Assembly (NCBI GenBank): GCA_013239625.1
Contig: MU054117.1
Location: 436,001 to 500,000 of the forward strand
Direction of reading: 5' to 3'
Origin: Lama guanicoe
Lineage: Eukaryota
Length of the DNA: 64,000 nucleotides
The notes under the pieces were generated by a model. The model did not search any database and had not been told where the DNA came from. It saw nothing but the letters and a program-made list of their open reading frames with translations. The position numbers and the translations under genes were made by a program. How positions within the stretch are numbered: position 1 is the first letter of the stretch; every line of letters begins with the position of its first letter. Shown here piece after piece: positions 38,321-51,725 of this stretch.

Positions 38321-39996
38321 GGGACGCACACACGAAAGGACCGTGTGAAAAAGAAAGCTCTGCCACCGCCTCCCGCCGGCCACCACCTCCCGACCTGGGA
38401 GGAGGGATCTCTCCCCAGGACTCCGCCTCCTCTCCACCCCACTCCTGCCTGCCCTCAGCCCCCCACCTGGAGTTGGGTCCCCACTGGTTCCTCCTCCTTC
38501 CAGGCCACCCTCCCAGCTGTTTTCCAAGGACCTGTCCCTCCCCTGACTCCCCACCGCCTACAGGAAAGTCCAAACTCGTTAGTGCCGCTTGCAAGGTTCT
38601 CCACATCTGATGCCAACCTACCTGTCCGGACGCTCCCCTTCTCCAGCAAGCCGGCCCTGACACCCGCCCGTCTCTTAGCAACGCCCGCCTGCCTGCTGCG
38701 TGTGTCCCAGAGTTTCTCTTCTGCTTCTGCGCTCCATGAAACTCTTCCTCCCTCAAGATCCATCTTTTACAAGTGACGTCTCTGGGCTCCCTCCCATAAC
38801 CCCCTGCTGTGTACACCTCTTTGAGGGCCCCGTTTGGGTGTGTGCAGGGCTCTGTGTGTGGTCATCTTCCCGCAAACATTGTCCTGATCCGCGTTCCTCC
38901 AGTGCTCAGATGGCGTCACTTGAGCTGAAGGAGCGAAGCCTGCCAGCGTGTTTGTCTTTCGCTCAGTTTCCCGCCACATGCAAGGCACCGTGGAGTTGTC
39001 ACAAGACCTTAATGATTTTGTTTCATACAACAAAGGTATTTTGAATGCTGCCATTGCTGTGAAAATGCCCAAGAAAACGGTGTGCAGAATTTCAGCCTTC
39101 ATGCGGAGACACAACTTTGTTCCATGAGACAAGTATGAATAGTGCCAGCAAATTCCTATTAAATGTGGAAAATGGAAGAGAAATGGCGTTGCCCACGGAA
39201 ACAGCCCCAGAGTGAGAGCTGGGGGTCTCGGCGGGTCCTCCTGCTCTGTTAGCTGTACAGCCTTGGGGAGCTTTCCGCCCGGATCTGTCTGTCCTCTTAT
39301 CCTGTGAAATCGAGGCGTTGATTCCTCTGATCACTAAGGGTCCTTCCTGCTCTTCTGTTCTGCCTCTCAGTGCTGTGGGACGCCCAGCAAGGGAGCAGTT
39401 TTGGTAATTCAGTTGTTGGAGGGAAGCTCAGGGTGAGGGTGACAGAGTTGGATGTGAACTGTGAGTGAGACCTGGAAAGCGGAGGAGAGGCCGAGAGGCA
39501 TTTCAGATATGGGAGCAAGGCAAACCGCGGGGCAGGCAGAGGCAGGTCGAGAGGCCGCCGCGGAGGTGGACAGGCCAGGCCGGCCCCACCGAGGTCTGTG
39601 AGGGAGGGTTGGGAGTCGCCGGGGAGGCTGCCTCGGGCCAGGAAGGACTTCAGAGAGAAGCAGGAGGACGTGGAGCTATTTTAGGACGCTTGCAAAAGGC
39701 AGGACGGAGGTGACAGGGTCCGGGGTGAGCTCTGCAGCCATGGGAAGGCACAGCCAGATAGAACTGGGCCGACGCAGAGGGACGAGTCAAAGACACCCGA
39801 GGGGCTGTGAAGCAGTGAGGAGACTGGGCTGGGCCCAGGCTCCCCGGCCTCCCGAGAGGGTGGCCCCCCGCTCTTCCACACACCCGCTGCCCCGACTGGC
39901 TGGGAGCACGTTCTCTTTCTTCATAAGAACTGTTACTGGGCTTCGAAGTCCTTTTGAGCTTGAAACGTCCAAGTTGTATCTCAGCCGAGAAACTCA

Positions 39997-40155
39997 GGGG
40001 GAGGGTATAGCTCAGTGGGAGAGTCTGTGCCTACATAGCATGCCCAGGTCCTGGGTTCAATCCCTAGCACCTCCACCCAAATCAATAAAAAAATTCTAAT
40101 TACCTCCCCCCAAACATTTTTTCTTAATGTTTAAAAAGTGAAATTAAAAAAAAAA
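39997..40155 (+). mobile_element. Vic-1-type camelid SINE
   Basis: ggggagggtatagctcagtgggagag...aggtcctgggttcaatccctagcacctcca...ctaattacctcccccc, then an A-rich tail. Confidence 0.9.
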
Positions 40156-42094
40156 ACCTCATACATTTTCCTCCCATCTCTTGAGAAATTAAAAAGTATA
40201 TTAAATCAATGGTGTCCAAACAGATCTGGAGACATATGAACCCTGGTTCTACACGTAGAGTATTAAAATGCTGTTCCAAACATGGTTTCCCTCCGGAAGG
40301 GGTCTGGGTGGCTCACAGAGAGAAAGGAAGACGTACGATTTATCCCAAATCAAACACCTAAAATAAGGACCTCTGAGCTCTTCCAGCGCACTGAAGGACG
40401 TACGCCGGGCTTCTTACGTGCGTCAGTCAGCGTGAATTCGTTCTTCAGCTACCCACGTTACGAGAAGAAAGATACGGTTCCCGACCCTCAGGAGACTTCC
40501 AGCCCAGGAGGGGGACGGAAGCGGGCCCACCACTCTGCTGTCGTTTGGCTGGTCCTGGGGACCGCGGGGCACGGAGGCCCAGGCAGAGGGTCCCAGGAGA
40601 GAACGAAACAAAGGGCTCTTGTAGGGGGTGGGTGAGGCTCGGGGAACGGGCCGACACGCTGGCTCTCAGGAACCTACGATGGGAGAGCCGGCCCCCCAGC
40701 CCGGGGGGCAGAGGGGCGGTGGGCCCAGCGAGACAGCGCGGGAGGGGGTAGCTGTGCTAATTTAGGTGAGCAGCTTTTATTAGAACACAGAAAGCTTTCT
40801 GTATATACACGTGGCATTACGGTTTTCCTATCTCAGTTATATCTGGAAGAGTGAGCTAACGTAATCAACGTTGGGACGACAGGCCGCACCTGCGAGATCA
40901 GTCCTCTTTCCTGAAGGAGCCAGTAGTGTTATGTGGTTTTAGACAACTTTAGGGATAGATAACTTTACAGCAGTGGGTTTCTAATACAGAGAGTCTGCCT
41001 GCACACACACAGACACACAGACACACACCGGCGAGTTCACACGCCGAGAGTGAAGAGGGCATCACGGGAAGGCAGGCCCGGCTCGACGTTCCACGTAGTA
41101 GAAGGTCGGTGAGGCGGGGCTTCCCCAGGCCTGTTGCGTAAAGTAAAATGGGAAGCTGCCAGAAACTGAGGGGCGCAGGGAAGGCGGGGAGCGTCATTCG
41201 GGAGGAGAGGAGGGAGGCTGCAGTAGGCCGTGGCCCCGCGTCCGGGGACGCCCGGCGGGAGGTCTGTGATGTGGGGCAGAGGTCACCGCGCGGGGTGGGG
41301 GTGCTCACTTTGCCCCAGTGTGCCGGGGGCTCCCTCCGTCCTCCCGCCCACCCGGATCTCTTACCAAGGCCAGGGCCGAGAGGGAAGGAGAGATTTTCAG
41401 TTCAACTGATTTTCTGTTCCCACGGGACTCAGAACCACAGGCTGAAACCGGGCCTGCCGGTCCCCAGGGCGCTGCTGTGGCAGGATGTGAGACTCGGGGC
41501 AGAACTGAAATTATGGGAAGCGTTCGGGGCCCTCCTTCAGCGGACCCTGGCTCGGACTGTCAGACCGAGGGCAGTGTGGGTCAGGTCAGCCCAGCTCAGC
41601 TCAGTTCAGTTTAATTCTCCTGCAGGGACACATAAGCACCTGCTGTGTGCCGGGACCTGTGTTCACTCTGAGGAGCGTGCAGGTGAGCAGACATGGACGC
41701 TGACCTCACCCAGCTGGGAAATCAGGAGAAGACAGATACGAAGCCCAAAGAGCTGTAAAGGGCCTGGGTCCCAAGGGGAGGGTGTGACAGTCCCCCGAGC
41801 TGCGTCTGGAGAGGATCAGCGCCTTCTTCCCGTCAGGGCTCCCTGCCAGCTCGGCGCAGCCGTGGGCCACTTGGAAATATGGGATCTTTCCACCCCGGAG
41901 TGGCTGTGTGGTTAGAGACGTGACGTGGAGACTGGCACCTTCCAGCCTCCCTGCTGGGCCTCCGCGTTCCTGCAGCCCCAACCCTCCTGCCGCGGGGCCT
42001 AGAGACATGGTCTTCAGGTGACCTGGGCTCTGTGGCTGCGGAAGACAAATGCTTTATCAAAGAACAGCCCCTGGCTGTCAGTGTCCCCTGGACT

Positions 42095-42330
42095 GATGCA
42101 CCGGGCCCGGTCCAGCCTGCAGGCTCTGGCTCCACTTATAACTTGCTGTGTAATTGGGGCAAGTCACCGAACCTCTCTGTGCTTCAAGTTCCACAGCTGT
42201 ACGCAGGGACCGCAGTAGCGAGGACCTCACTGGGGTTTGTGCGGAAACTACAGGTCACTATGTGTAAGACAGTGGGACAAGGCTTAGAACAGAGTGAGCT
42301 TTTGCCGAGTGGCAGTTACTGCCATGGTGA
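42095..42330 (+). mobile_element. MIR SINE
   Basis: ctggctccacttataacttgctgtgtaattggggcaagtcaccgaacctctctgtgcttcaagttccacagctgta. Confidence 0.75.
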
Positions 42331-42659
42331 CCGGTGACCCGGTTCAGTTGGTGGTGGGGGCACGTTCACCCACGGGCCAAAGGAGGGAAAATGTGTCACC
42401 CTCTCCGTGACTTCAGCCCTGTTTTTATGACGTTATGGGCTGATGCTGGGCTGTGCTTCAGCATTGGTGGCACTGAAACACACAAAACCAGCACAAACCC
42501 AGAACTTCAGTATCTAAGGCCCAGCAGAGAGGGAAGGAGAGAACTAATGTTTTTTCACGCCTCCTGGGTGCTGCATGCGTGGACGGTCTCATTAGTTCCA
42601 TTTTGCGTGAGAAGACGTCGCGGCTAAAAGAGCTGACATTACTTTTTCAAGAGCACGTG

Positions 42660-42910
42660 GCCAGCAGAGCAGGCAAAGCTGAAGAGACAGAAAGGCTAGT
42701 AGTGGCCCGAGGTAGGGGGGAGCAGGGTTTGGGCAAAAGGGGGGCGACGGCCGACGGGTGTGGGGCTTCTCTCCAGGGTGGCGGGAATGTTCCAGAAGTG
42801 ATTACGGTCATGGCTACACAACTCCGTGAATGTCGTAAAAACCATTTAACTGTATGCTCTATGTAGGTGAATTTTATGGCACATAAATTATGTCTCAATA
42901 AAATGTTTGA
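42660..42910 (+). mobile_element. L1MB-type 3' end (GC-shifted)
   Basis: aggcaaagctgaagagacagaaagg...ggctacacaactccgtgaat...ggtgaattttatggcacataaattatgtctcaataaa. Confidence 0.82.
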
Positions 42911-45784
42911 AAAACAGTGTGCGGCGTGGAAGCACCGAGGCTGAGTCGGACTCCAGTCAGAGAGTGGCTTCGCCACCGGCCCTTTGAGCTCGGTCCTCGG
43001 AGCCGGGAGAGTGGACAGTTCCCACAGCAGAGACCCGTGTGTCCCTTGACTCTAGAGGCGGAGATGGAGGAGGACGCTTAGGTGCCCAAGGAGGTGCGGG
43101 GGTGAGTCCCAGGCCCTGCCGGCTTCTCAGGGGCCCCTCCCTGGGGGTTCGGCCTGCCGGGTGTGAGGGCAGGACCCCAGGGGCCCTCGCTGCTGAGCTC
43201 GCTGTTGGAAGCCAGCCCCATGCTACCTGTGGACTCTGTCCTATCTGAGTTTCCCTTGTTTTCCTGCCGGCTTCCTGAACTTTTGGGAGAGATCCTTTGG
43301 CAAATTCCCACTCGTCCCCACCTGTGCTGGGAGAGAAAGGAAGAGACGTCGAGGTTTTCCACGCTTGGGCCAGAGGGACGTGACAGGGAGACCCGAGCCC
43401 TGGAGGACGACGGGCCACCAGCATCAGCACCTTCGGGACACAGCCCCTCGGGGGCACGACCAAGAGAGGGCCGAGAGAGGTGACCTGCTCTGTGACGTGG
43501 CCCCAGCTCGGCCTGCGGGGGGGCGGGGAGAGCGGCTGGGCTGGGGTCCCTCGGCTGCCTCCGCGGGGCCCTCCCCTCAGTGCAAGACAGAGAGGCCAGG
43601 TCGGGCATCTCTCAGTTTATTTGATTGAGAAGGTGGAACTTGGAAGTGCGTGCTACCCAGAAACCAGAACTAAAAATCCTGGCGCTTCAAACGCTGTTCA
43701 TCAGTAACTGATTTCCTCTATTTCCCTGCCTCTCTGAGAAAAGGCGACGACAGAGGCTTGAAAGAGTTGTGCACGAGCCGGTCACACTTTAAATATTTAG
43801 GAAAAGCAGGTGTTTGAAGTGTAAAGGAATGCTGCGATGAGTTGTTTGAGTGAGAATAGTCACCGCTTAGAACTTTTTTCCTTCACCCTTTTCTGCTTTC
43901 CAAATTACTCACAGTAAGCATAAATGCCTTTTGCAAGGGGAAGTGTCATTTATAAACTCAAAAAGTTAAAAGAATTCTTTTTTTCAGGGTTCTACTTTTC
44001 AATTTTTAAAATAAAAGCATGTATTATTCTTATAATACAGTATTTTTAAAATCACCCCAAACTTAAGTCTTTCATACATTTGAGTTTATAAAGATGAAGT
44101 AAGGGTTAAGCACGTATTAGATGGTGGCTGCATGTCGTCGGGCTGCCCTTGCGCACCCTTGGCGGTCCAGGTCGACGCAGTCTGGACGTGTAAGCAGTAC
44201 CAAGGAAGCCTGACCGTGGTTTTGAGGCCAGGGACCAGTCAAGACTGGCCGCCCCGTGGGCTCTGGATCCAGCCCAGATAAATCTGGAGAGCTGTGTGCA
44301 GTCCAGCCTCCACCCTCTGTGCTGCCTGAAGATGCCCCATTTGTGGCCGCTGCCCCTGCCGCCTGCCGCTGCAGGACGAGGCTGAATGCCGAGCTTCGTG
44401 GACAGGTCCCTCTGCCTGCCAGCCTGTTCCCTCCACAGCAGCTGACCCGGGGTCCCTGGAACTGGGTCACACCTGGCTCCTGTGCAGACAGCTGGGTAAG
44501 TCTGACTCGAGGACAACACTGAAGGGACTGTTGAGGAAGTGAGGCGTGAGGACCAGGGAGGGCAGGTCAGATGAGCATAGAACCTAGTGGACCCCTGTCC
44601 AGGCACCCCGGGTCTGTCACGTGGTTCGAAATGACCTGTCAGCTGTGGGTCCTGCACCCGCCAGCTCCCCGGGAGACCACACTGTCCTTCCTCTGCGTGT
44701 TCCCGGCTCTCTGGCCTTCATGAAGCTGGTGACTGTTCTCGGCTCTGAATCGCTTGCTTACTGGTGTCCTGGGCTCTGCAGAGGTTTTCCGGGCACACCC
44801 TGCCATGTACGTCCCTGCACGTTTGCTGTTAGGCTGTTTTCTGAATGGATTGCCACCAACGTGACTAGACCTGAAAGCCTGGCAAGGAGGCAGCGTGGTT
44901 TAGGAAAAGAACAAAGAAATGGGAACGAGGACACTGGGGGTTCTAGCTAGCCGTGTAGAGCTTCCAGGTGCCAGGCGGGCACCTGGGGTGACAAACAGGA
45001 CAGCATCAAGGAGAAGCTGGATTTGCACGGCCTTTTTAGAGAGGGGTCAGAAACGGGGTCCCTGCGTGGAAGGAAGCGCAGTGGGGGTGCCAGCCTAGCG
45101 GGAGGGAGGAGAGGAACTCTGTAGAGGGGGCTGTCGGCTCCTCCTGCGACCTCCTCAGAGGCCATTCGGCCACTGCGCCCGGGCTGGTCTCCACTCACGT
45201 CCCAGTCTGGGTCCCCCGCCCCCCAGGGTGACCCATCCTCCCAGTGGGAGCTCCAGCCTGGGCTCCACTGCGCACTGACCAGCTCAGGACCTCTCCTCCC
45301 CAGCCCTGCTCCCTGCTTCCCTCCGCCTTCCAGAATGGGCTCTGTGCTGCTCACAGTCAGAACCCTCGTCTCCTTCCTGGCCTGGACCTCTGGTTCCACC
45401 TTCCTTGTGTCTCCTGAACCCGCCCCCCGCTTTCCCACCTGCTGGTGGCTCTTGCCATTTCCAGCCCTGCCTGGCCTGGCCGTCCCCCACCCTGCAGCCA
45501 CACCCCAGCACTTCACTGTCCTGTCCTCAGGTGAGAAACCAGGGCCCCTGTGCCTCAGGCCCGTGGCCACCCCTCTGGCCTCACCCACAGGCCTCACTCC
45601 CAGTGTCAGCTCTGGCGCTCCGACTGCCCACCTTCCTGGCGGGTTTCCGGCGGTTTTGCCCTCGCTGCCCCCCAGCCCAGTCCTGCCCTCCTTGGCTGGC
45701 CCCACCCACCCCTCTGGAGGTGTTCAGAAGCTGCCCCTGCAGGTTCCAGGAGCACAGGTGTCCACGAGGCAGGGCTTCTGCTCA

Positions 45785-45872
45785 CACTTAGCACCGGTTA
45801 AGTCTTCCTTGTGCCCAGACACCCCCAAACGTCCCCTGGGGAGCGAAACGGTCCCTGTTGAGAACCACTGCT
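45785..45872 (-). mobile_element. MER20 terminal fragment
   Basis: ccagacacccccaaacgtcccctggggagcgaaacggtccctgttgagaaccactg. Confidence 0.7.
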
Positions 45873-45989
45873 CCAGAGGGCCAGCTCCTCTGGGGCAGAA
45901 CCCATGCCTTGTCTGATTTCCATCCCCAGTGCTTCCCATGGTGCCTGAGAGGCACTAGGTGGTCGATAAATATTTATGCAAAAAAGGAG

Positions 45990-46600
45990 GGGAAAAGGAG
46001 CCACTGTTCTCATGGGTTTGCGGCAGGACAGTCAGACAGCGCAGCCACTGGGACGTCGATTAGCAGTGGCCGTGAAAATCACAAATGAACGCACTCCGAT
46101 TCCGTCCTTCTTGTGGGAATTTCTTCCGCAGCTGCGCCCGTGTGCGTGCGAAGTGGCCCCTGTCTCAGGATATCTACTGAAGCTTTGCTTTCACAACGAA
46201 AGACGGCACGTCTCATTGCCCACCTGTGGGACACTTTCGATGAATCGTGTCCCTTCACGCCGAGGGGTGCTGGGCAGTGTAGAAAGAATGAGAAACCCTC
46301 TATGCTCTGATGTGGAAGGACCCTCGAGACGCACGGTGAAATTTTAAAGAGCAGAGTGCAGAGTGGGCTATTTGTACTTTACGGTACGTGTTTAAAGAAA
46401 CTCTGGAGGGGTACACAGGGTGCTAATCATAGCAGGGTGTGTGTGCGTGCGTGCGTGCATCAGGGACGAGGCCAGACTGGGCGGCAGGAGGGCAAACGTG
46501 GGAGGAAGTTCCTGCGTTCCTGTTTATACTTTCTGACTTTAAAAATCTTACAAATGTACTGCCTGCGTGGTATCATTATTTTTATAAGGCAGAAAATTGT
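45990..46600 (+). mobile_element. Highly decayed L1ME fragment
   Basis: gcagccactgggacgtcgattagcagtggccgtgaaaatcacaaatg...ttcctgtttatactttctgac...aatgtactgcctg. Confidence 0.55.
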
Positions 46601-47984
46601 CATGGAATTTATGTGTAATAAAAGGTGCACAATTCTAGCTAGTAATTAGTTAATTCAATAAGTTTTCTTATAAGTTATTTCTGTAAAGAAATACAGTAAA
46701 GCCTTTTTCAAACGTGAGCCCATTCCTGTCCCATATAGAAATACTGGTCTTTCTCGCTGTAGCAAAGTGCCCCCTAAAGGAAAGCTCTGCGCGGGGTTTT
46801 CTCTAGACCAGGGCGCCGGTCAGCAGCTTCCCCCCACCTTTGCCTTCGAGGGGCCACTGCCCTGGCGTTTCCCGAGAGGCTGCCCGGCGTTAGACACAGT
46901 GGAAGAGCCTCGAGGGCTATGAGCCGGGCGCAACACACCTGCTTCTCAGCCGTTTATAACCTAATCAGAGCGTGCGCTCCCCCTGCCCGGGTCCTGCACT
47001 TGGCTTGAGCCTTCACTCAAGTGTCACCTCATACCCCAAGCCCCGCCACCTCCTCGCCCCCAGTCCCTCACGCACTGGCTTCTCCTCACATCAACGGGCA
47101 GTGCGGAGAGTGACCAGCTGACGATTGTGTACCCGTTCGACTGCTGTTCCACTTCCCCTTTGAGACCAGCTCCTGCCCTGCAGAGACCCTCAGTGACGGT
47201 CTGTTGGACGAACAAACAAATGAGTTAAGAAAGGACTGGCCCAGCATCCCCGTTGCAGAGGACGGTGCAGACGGCAGCCGGGGTCACATCAGGTCAAGAG
47301 AGTCGGGGGTCTTACAGCTGAGTCCGCGGCGGGGAAGGCTGAGGGGCTGCCACGGAGAAGTGCGGGTCAGGGTTCTCACGTGTGCCTCGTGCCGGCCAAA
47401 ATAGTCCCCACGAGGGAGGTGGACCCAAATTCCTCACAGAGAAAATCAAGTAGAGTCAAAACCCAAGCCAGAGCCCCCGTGAAAGCTCAGTGGCCCTCAC
47501 AGGCCCTGGTGGTGATGTTCTGGGACACTTGCAAGTGGGGACGGACTCTCAGCACGACTTCAGTCCTGTTTAGATTCCTTGATTGTGGCAGCCATCTCCC
47601 CACCTTTTTGGCCGCAGCTACAGAGGCCGGCTGAAGCTTTCCTCGGATCACACCACAGGTTCCCGTCGGGGTTTGGTGTGCGCCCTTTTCAGGCACCAGA
47701 GTGGCGGGTTGAGTGGGTTTCCTGGATCTCAGGTGACGTCAGAGTAGGCTGGTGACTAATACCTTTAGCCACCTCATTTCCGGAACAATCACAGGCACGC
47801 AGGCCTTGTCACGCTGGTAACTTAGCCTTGAGGCTCTCCTGGCTCTGGCCCCTGACGACACCCCTCCCCTGTTCCTCTGCCCCCTCCACGTCTTCCAGCT
47901 GCGTCGTCACACAGCGCAGGGCGGCTCTGCCAACTCCAGCTGCGGAAAGCCCGGGTCCTGCGCCCCCTCCCAAGCCCGGGTCCG

Positions 47985-48212
47985 TGACACCTCTTCCAGG
48001 AGCCTCTCCTGACTTCTCGCTCCTCTTAAGCTCTTTTACACTTTCTACCATTCTTTTCCTGTGTATCACACAGTGCTTTGTGTTGTAATGTTCATTTCCA
48101 CGACCGGCTCTGCTGACAGATCACAGAATCTCCGTGAGCAGGGCCTTTCTGTGTCCCTCTGTTTCCAAACCTCTCAAGCAGCAGATTCCTAACAACCTTG
48201 AGTGAATGAGTA
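47985..48212 (+). mobile_element. L2 3' remnant
   Basis: gtgacacctcttccaggagcctctcctgac...ctccgtgagcagggcc...ttgagtgaatgagt. Confidence 0.55.
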
Positions 48213-48749
48213 GAGCCATAGCACTGCGAGCTCAGGTCTATTTGTATCTGTGTGTAACTTTCCCAAAAGACTTGGTGGTGATGGCGTCTGCCACCCAGTC
48301 ATAATCTAAACCAGAAAGTACACTTTAGAGAATAATTTAATTTCCTTGGCTCATTAAATCTCGTAATTTGGGAAGTGGCTCCAGTGCTGTGGTCATTTTC
48401 CTGCTCAGCCCCAAACCCAGACCATCAGTTCATGAAGAGTCAACATGTGGAAGTGTTTATCAGCCACTAAACGCCGAAGCAGCAAGGTCTCGCTGCCAAC
48501 AGCCAGCCACTCACGTGGCACCATCTTCACGTGCAGGCCCAGCGGCGCCGGCAGGACTTACGAGAAATAAAAAACCTGCTTAGGGTGTCCTCGCCCCATG
48601 GGGGTTTTTGATCTGATTGTGAGACAAAATCAGCATCCTCGGAATAATTTAAAAATAAACAAGGTGCGCGGTATTGGTAATAGGTATCCCAGGAGTTCCG
48701 AGCAAGGGAAGGGAAAAGTAAGACTGACCGTTTGAGCATTTGCCAATTC

Positions 48750-48875
48750 ATTGTCATTATTCCATATAAGTTCCCCCAGATCTTATGAGCTAACTGTTAC
48801 TATCCTCATGTTACAAATGCAGAAACCAAGGTTAAGAGGCTGGGTAACTTTCCCAAGGCCTAGAAATACAGCTAG
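48750..48875 (-). mobile_element. MIR SINE
   Basis: actgttactatcctcatgttacaaatgcagaaaccaaggttaagaggctgggtaactttcccaaggc. Confidence 0.72.
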
Positions 48876-51384
48876 AAAACACTATCATTTACCAGCTGGG
48901 TATCAAATGCATGTTCCTGCTTCCATCCAGACCCGGCTTTCTGAAGCCCCTTCTGAAACTGTGAATTATTCTTTGGCATAAAACTCCAGGAGTTCCTTAC
49001 TCCTGGGGCAGTGTGATCCCGGCCTCCACATGCCGTGCTCACGGCCTCCACGGTGTGTCTCCAACAAGCTACCCTCCCCGCCTGACGGCCAGCCCCTCCG
49101 CCTGGGACTCTGGGCGAAGGGGACATCCCAGACACTGCCCCCTTTTATAAATCCCATGCTTTAAGCGTCTGTGTCTTAGTGAAAAGCACTTGATTGTAAG
49201 TAACTGAAGCACACAAGCAAAAAAGCTGATCATAAGGGTGTGAATAAATCCCACAACCCCGCAGACAGAACGTGTGGTCAAGCCTCAGAAGGCACTGGAG
49301 CCCGGAGCTGGGAGGCGCTGGTCCCTCCGCCGCCCCAGGCCCCTCCATCTTCTCTTGGTGTTTGACGCCTTTCCTCCTTCCTGTTGGGCTCAGGGGGTTG
49401 CTTTCTTCCCAAGTTCAAAGCCTTTGGCCTCAGGCCCAGAGACTCACCGGCACCTACAAACCCCAATTTCAATTCATGAGTAAGAAAGCTGTCCAGCAGC
49501 TTGTGTCAAGTGTCACCATGGCCGGGAGGGCAGGGTCCATCGCACAGCACAGCTGTCCCTTTCCTGAGGGCGACCCTAGGGAAAGGGGGATTCCTGAAAA
49601 AATCAACTAAAAATGAATCCGACCAAATGGACCGTCTACAGCCTACCTTGCCCACCTCCCCTAGAAAAATCTCAACCCTCCTTCCAGTCCCAGCTCAAAT
49701 GCCACTTTTTGGACATTTTTTCCCTAGAAAGACAGAAGCTGTGTATTTTGTTCAGCTTTATGACCACTGCTCTCACAGGTCCTGGCCCAGAACAGTCACT
49801 CAGGAAACACAGGCTGAATCAGGTCAAACCTGGGTGGTGAACGTAGCTGGTGTTCACGTGGGGTCTGGCCAGGTTCTTAAGGTAGAGCCGGGCGTGGGGA
49901 GGTCACTGCGCCCTGGGCAGTGACTCCCTGCACCGGGTTCGGGACACCACACAGACAGCATCCCTCCAGCTAAGTTTCCGGATATGTTTTCCAGATCAAC
50001 GAAAAGAGACAATTTATCTCAAACCTGCTCCCCGCGCTGGGTGAGTTTGCCGCTTCCTTTGCTGTTTGAGGAAACTCGTAAGAGGGTGCGATGGGCCTGT
50101 CACCCAGGAATTGCTGACTAAGAATAAAACAACTTAAAATGCACCAAACAAAGCACTCACTTGGACAGATGCTTCTCCTTTCCTTACGCGTTAGTGTGTT
50201 CACAGAGGAAATTAAGAGTGACTTCTTAATGCACAATCTCTGTCTTTTCTAATTAAAAGTCTGAGCTCCGTAGTAACAGACCCCATAGGTGAGCGTCCAG
50301 AATTCTCAGTCAGAGGCAGAGGCCAGTCAGTTATTAGATGTTATTCTGTTTCTCTTCCAGACATTTAGCCTTTGAAGATGATACCAGACTGTTATCTGAA
50401 CAAGCGGAAAAGAAAAAAAAGGTAATTAAGCTGGTTCCAAAGAGATGATCAAATGCTAGGAACAGGCGAGAGATGAGCCGGGGGGGGTGCTGCGGGTGAC
50501 TCAGATCAGAGTAAAGAGAAGCCCCCCACACTCCTCCTGCTTGTCTCCAGAGGGTGCACCTGGGCACCTGCAGGGAGGTTTGGGGACAGCAGGTGAGCCG
50601 TGACCTTGAAAGCTGGGATTCAAGTCAGGCATTAGGGAGGAGACCAAGACGTGCTGTTGGCTCAGCAAGAGCTTTCCTGTGCAGCGAACTTAGCAAACCT
50701 AACAGTCACCTCATCAGGGCCATGATCAAGCCTGGCTTCAGTGAGCGCAGAGCTCTGCCCGAGGGTGTACCACACAGCATGTGACCACGGGTAACACACA
50801 GCTCCAGGGGTCCTCACCGCATGCGCGAGGTGACGGGGCGGCGGCGGACGGATTCCTCCCGTGCCCCCGGCCTCCTACGGTCCCCCCTAAGGATGCACGA
50901 GTTCTGTGAATTACACCTCCACACAGCTGGGCACAGAGCACTGCAGACCTGACTGACTGCAGGACCAGAAGGTGTAGGTCGGAACCTGATTCCTGAGGCG
51001 TCCGGCTCCCACCCTTCACCTTACAGAACTGGGACAACAGGTGAAGGGGCGGCTGGCAGCCGCCCGGCAGGCCGGGAGCAGGAGGCCGGGTCTGGCGTCC
51101 CGGGGGCTCTCCGGCTACAATGGCCTGAGTGCTTCAGCAGACTGGACCTTCCTTTCCTGTCCCAGAGCTGGAAGAGGGCGGTATTTCTGCCTTGCAGATG
51201 GCAGACTTCGAATCTGCTGGCGTGGAAGCAGGGAGGAGAAAGAGAACCGAAAACACAGACGATCCATCTGCTTCGGGTTGAAAGTAACCCCATGGTGACT
51301 GGCAGGTTACTGTGAGGCCTGTGGCCACGTGCACGCAGCAGTGCACTTCGCTCTCCGGCGGCACTGGAGTTTGGGGCACAGACC

Positions 51385-51725
51385 CGCCTGGTCCTTCGGG
51401 GCTGCTGCAGCAAAGCACGTGGAGTGGGCGCACTGCCCACGACGCGAGCGTGCCTCTCACGGTTCTGAGGGCTGGGGGTCCAGGGTCGAGGCGCTGGCAG
51501 GTCCTGTGTCAGGCGAGGGTCCCTCTCCTGGTTCAGAGTCTGTCCTGCAGTCCTGTCCCCTCTTGGGAGGGAGGAGGGAGAGCTCCGGCCTCTCTCACCA
51601 GCACACGAATCCCATGCATGAGGCTCCGCCCCCAGTACCTCGTCACATCCCAAGGTGCTGCCATCACATTCGGGGTTAGAATTTCAACACAGGAAACTTG
51701 GAGGGACACAAAATCTGCCCCTTAC
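51385..51725 (-). mobile_element. MLT1A-like MaLR solo LTR (GC-shifted)
   Basis: ctctcacggttctgagggctgggggtccagggtcgaggcgctggcagg...aatcccatgcatgaggctccgccc...ccatcacattcggggttagaatttcaacac...gggacacaaa. Confidence 0.82.
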
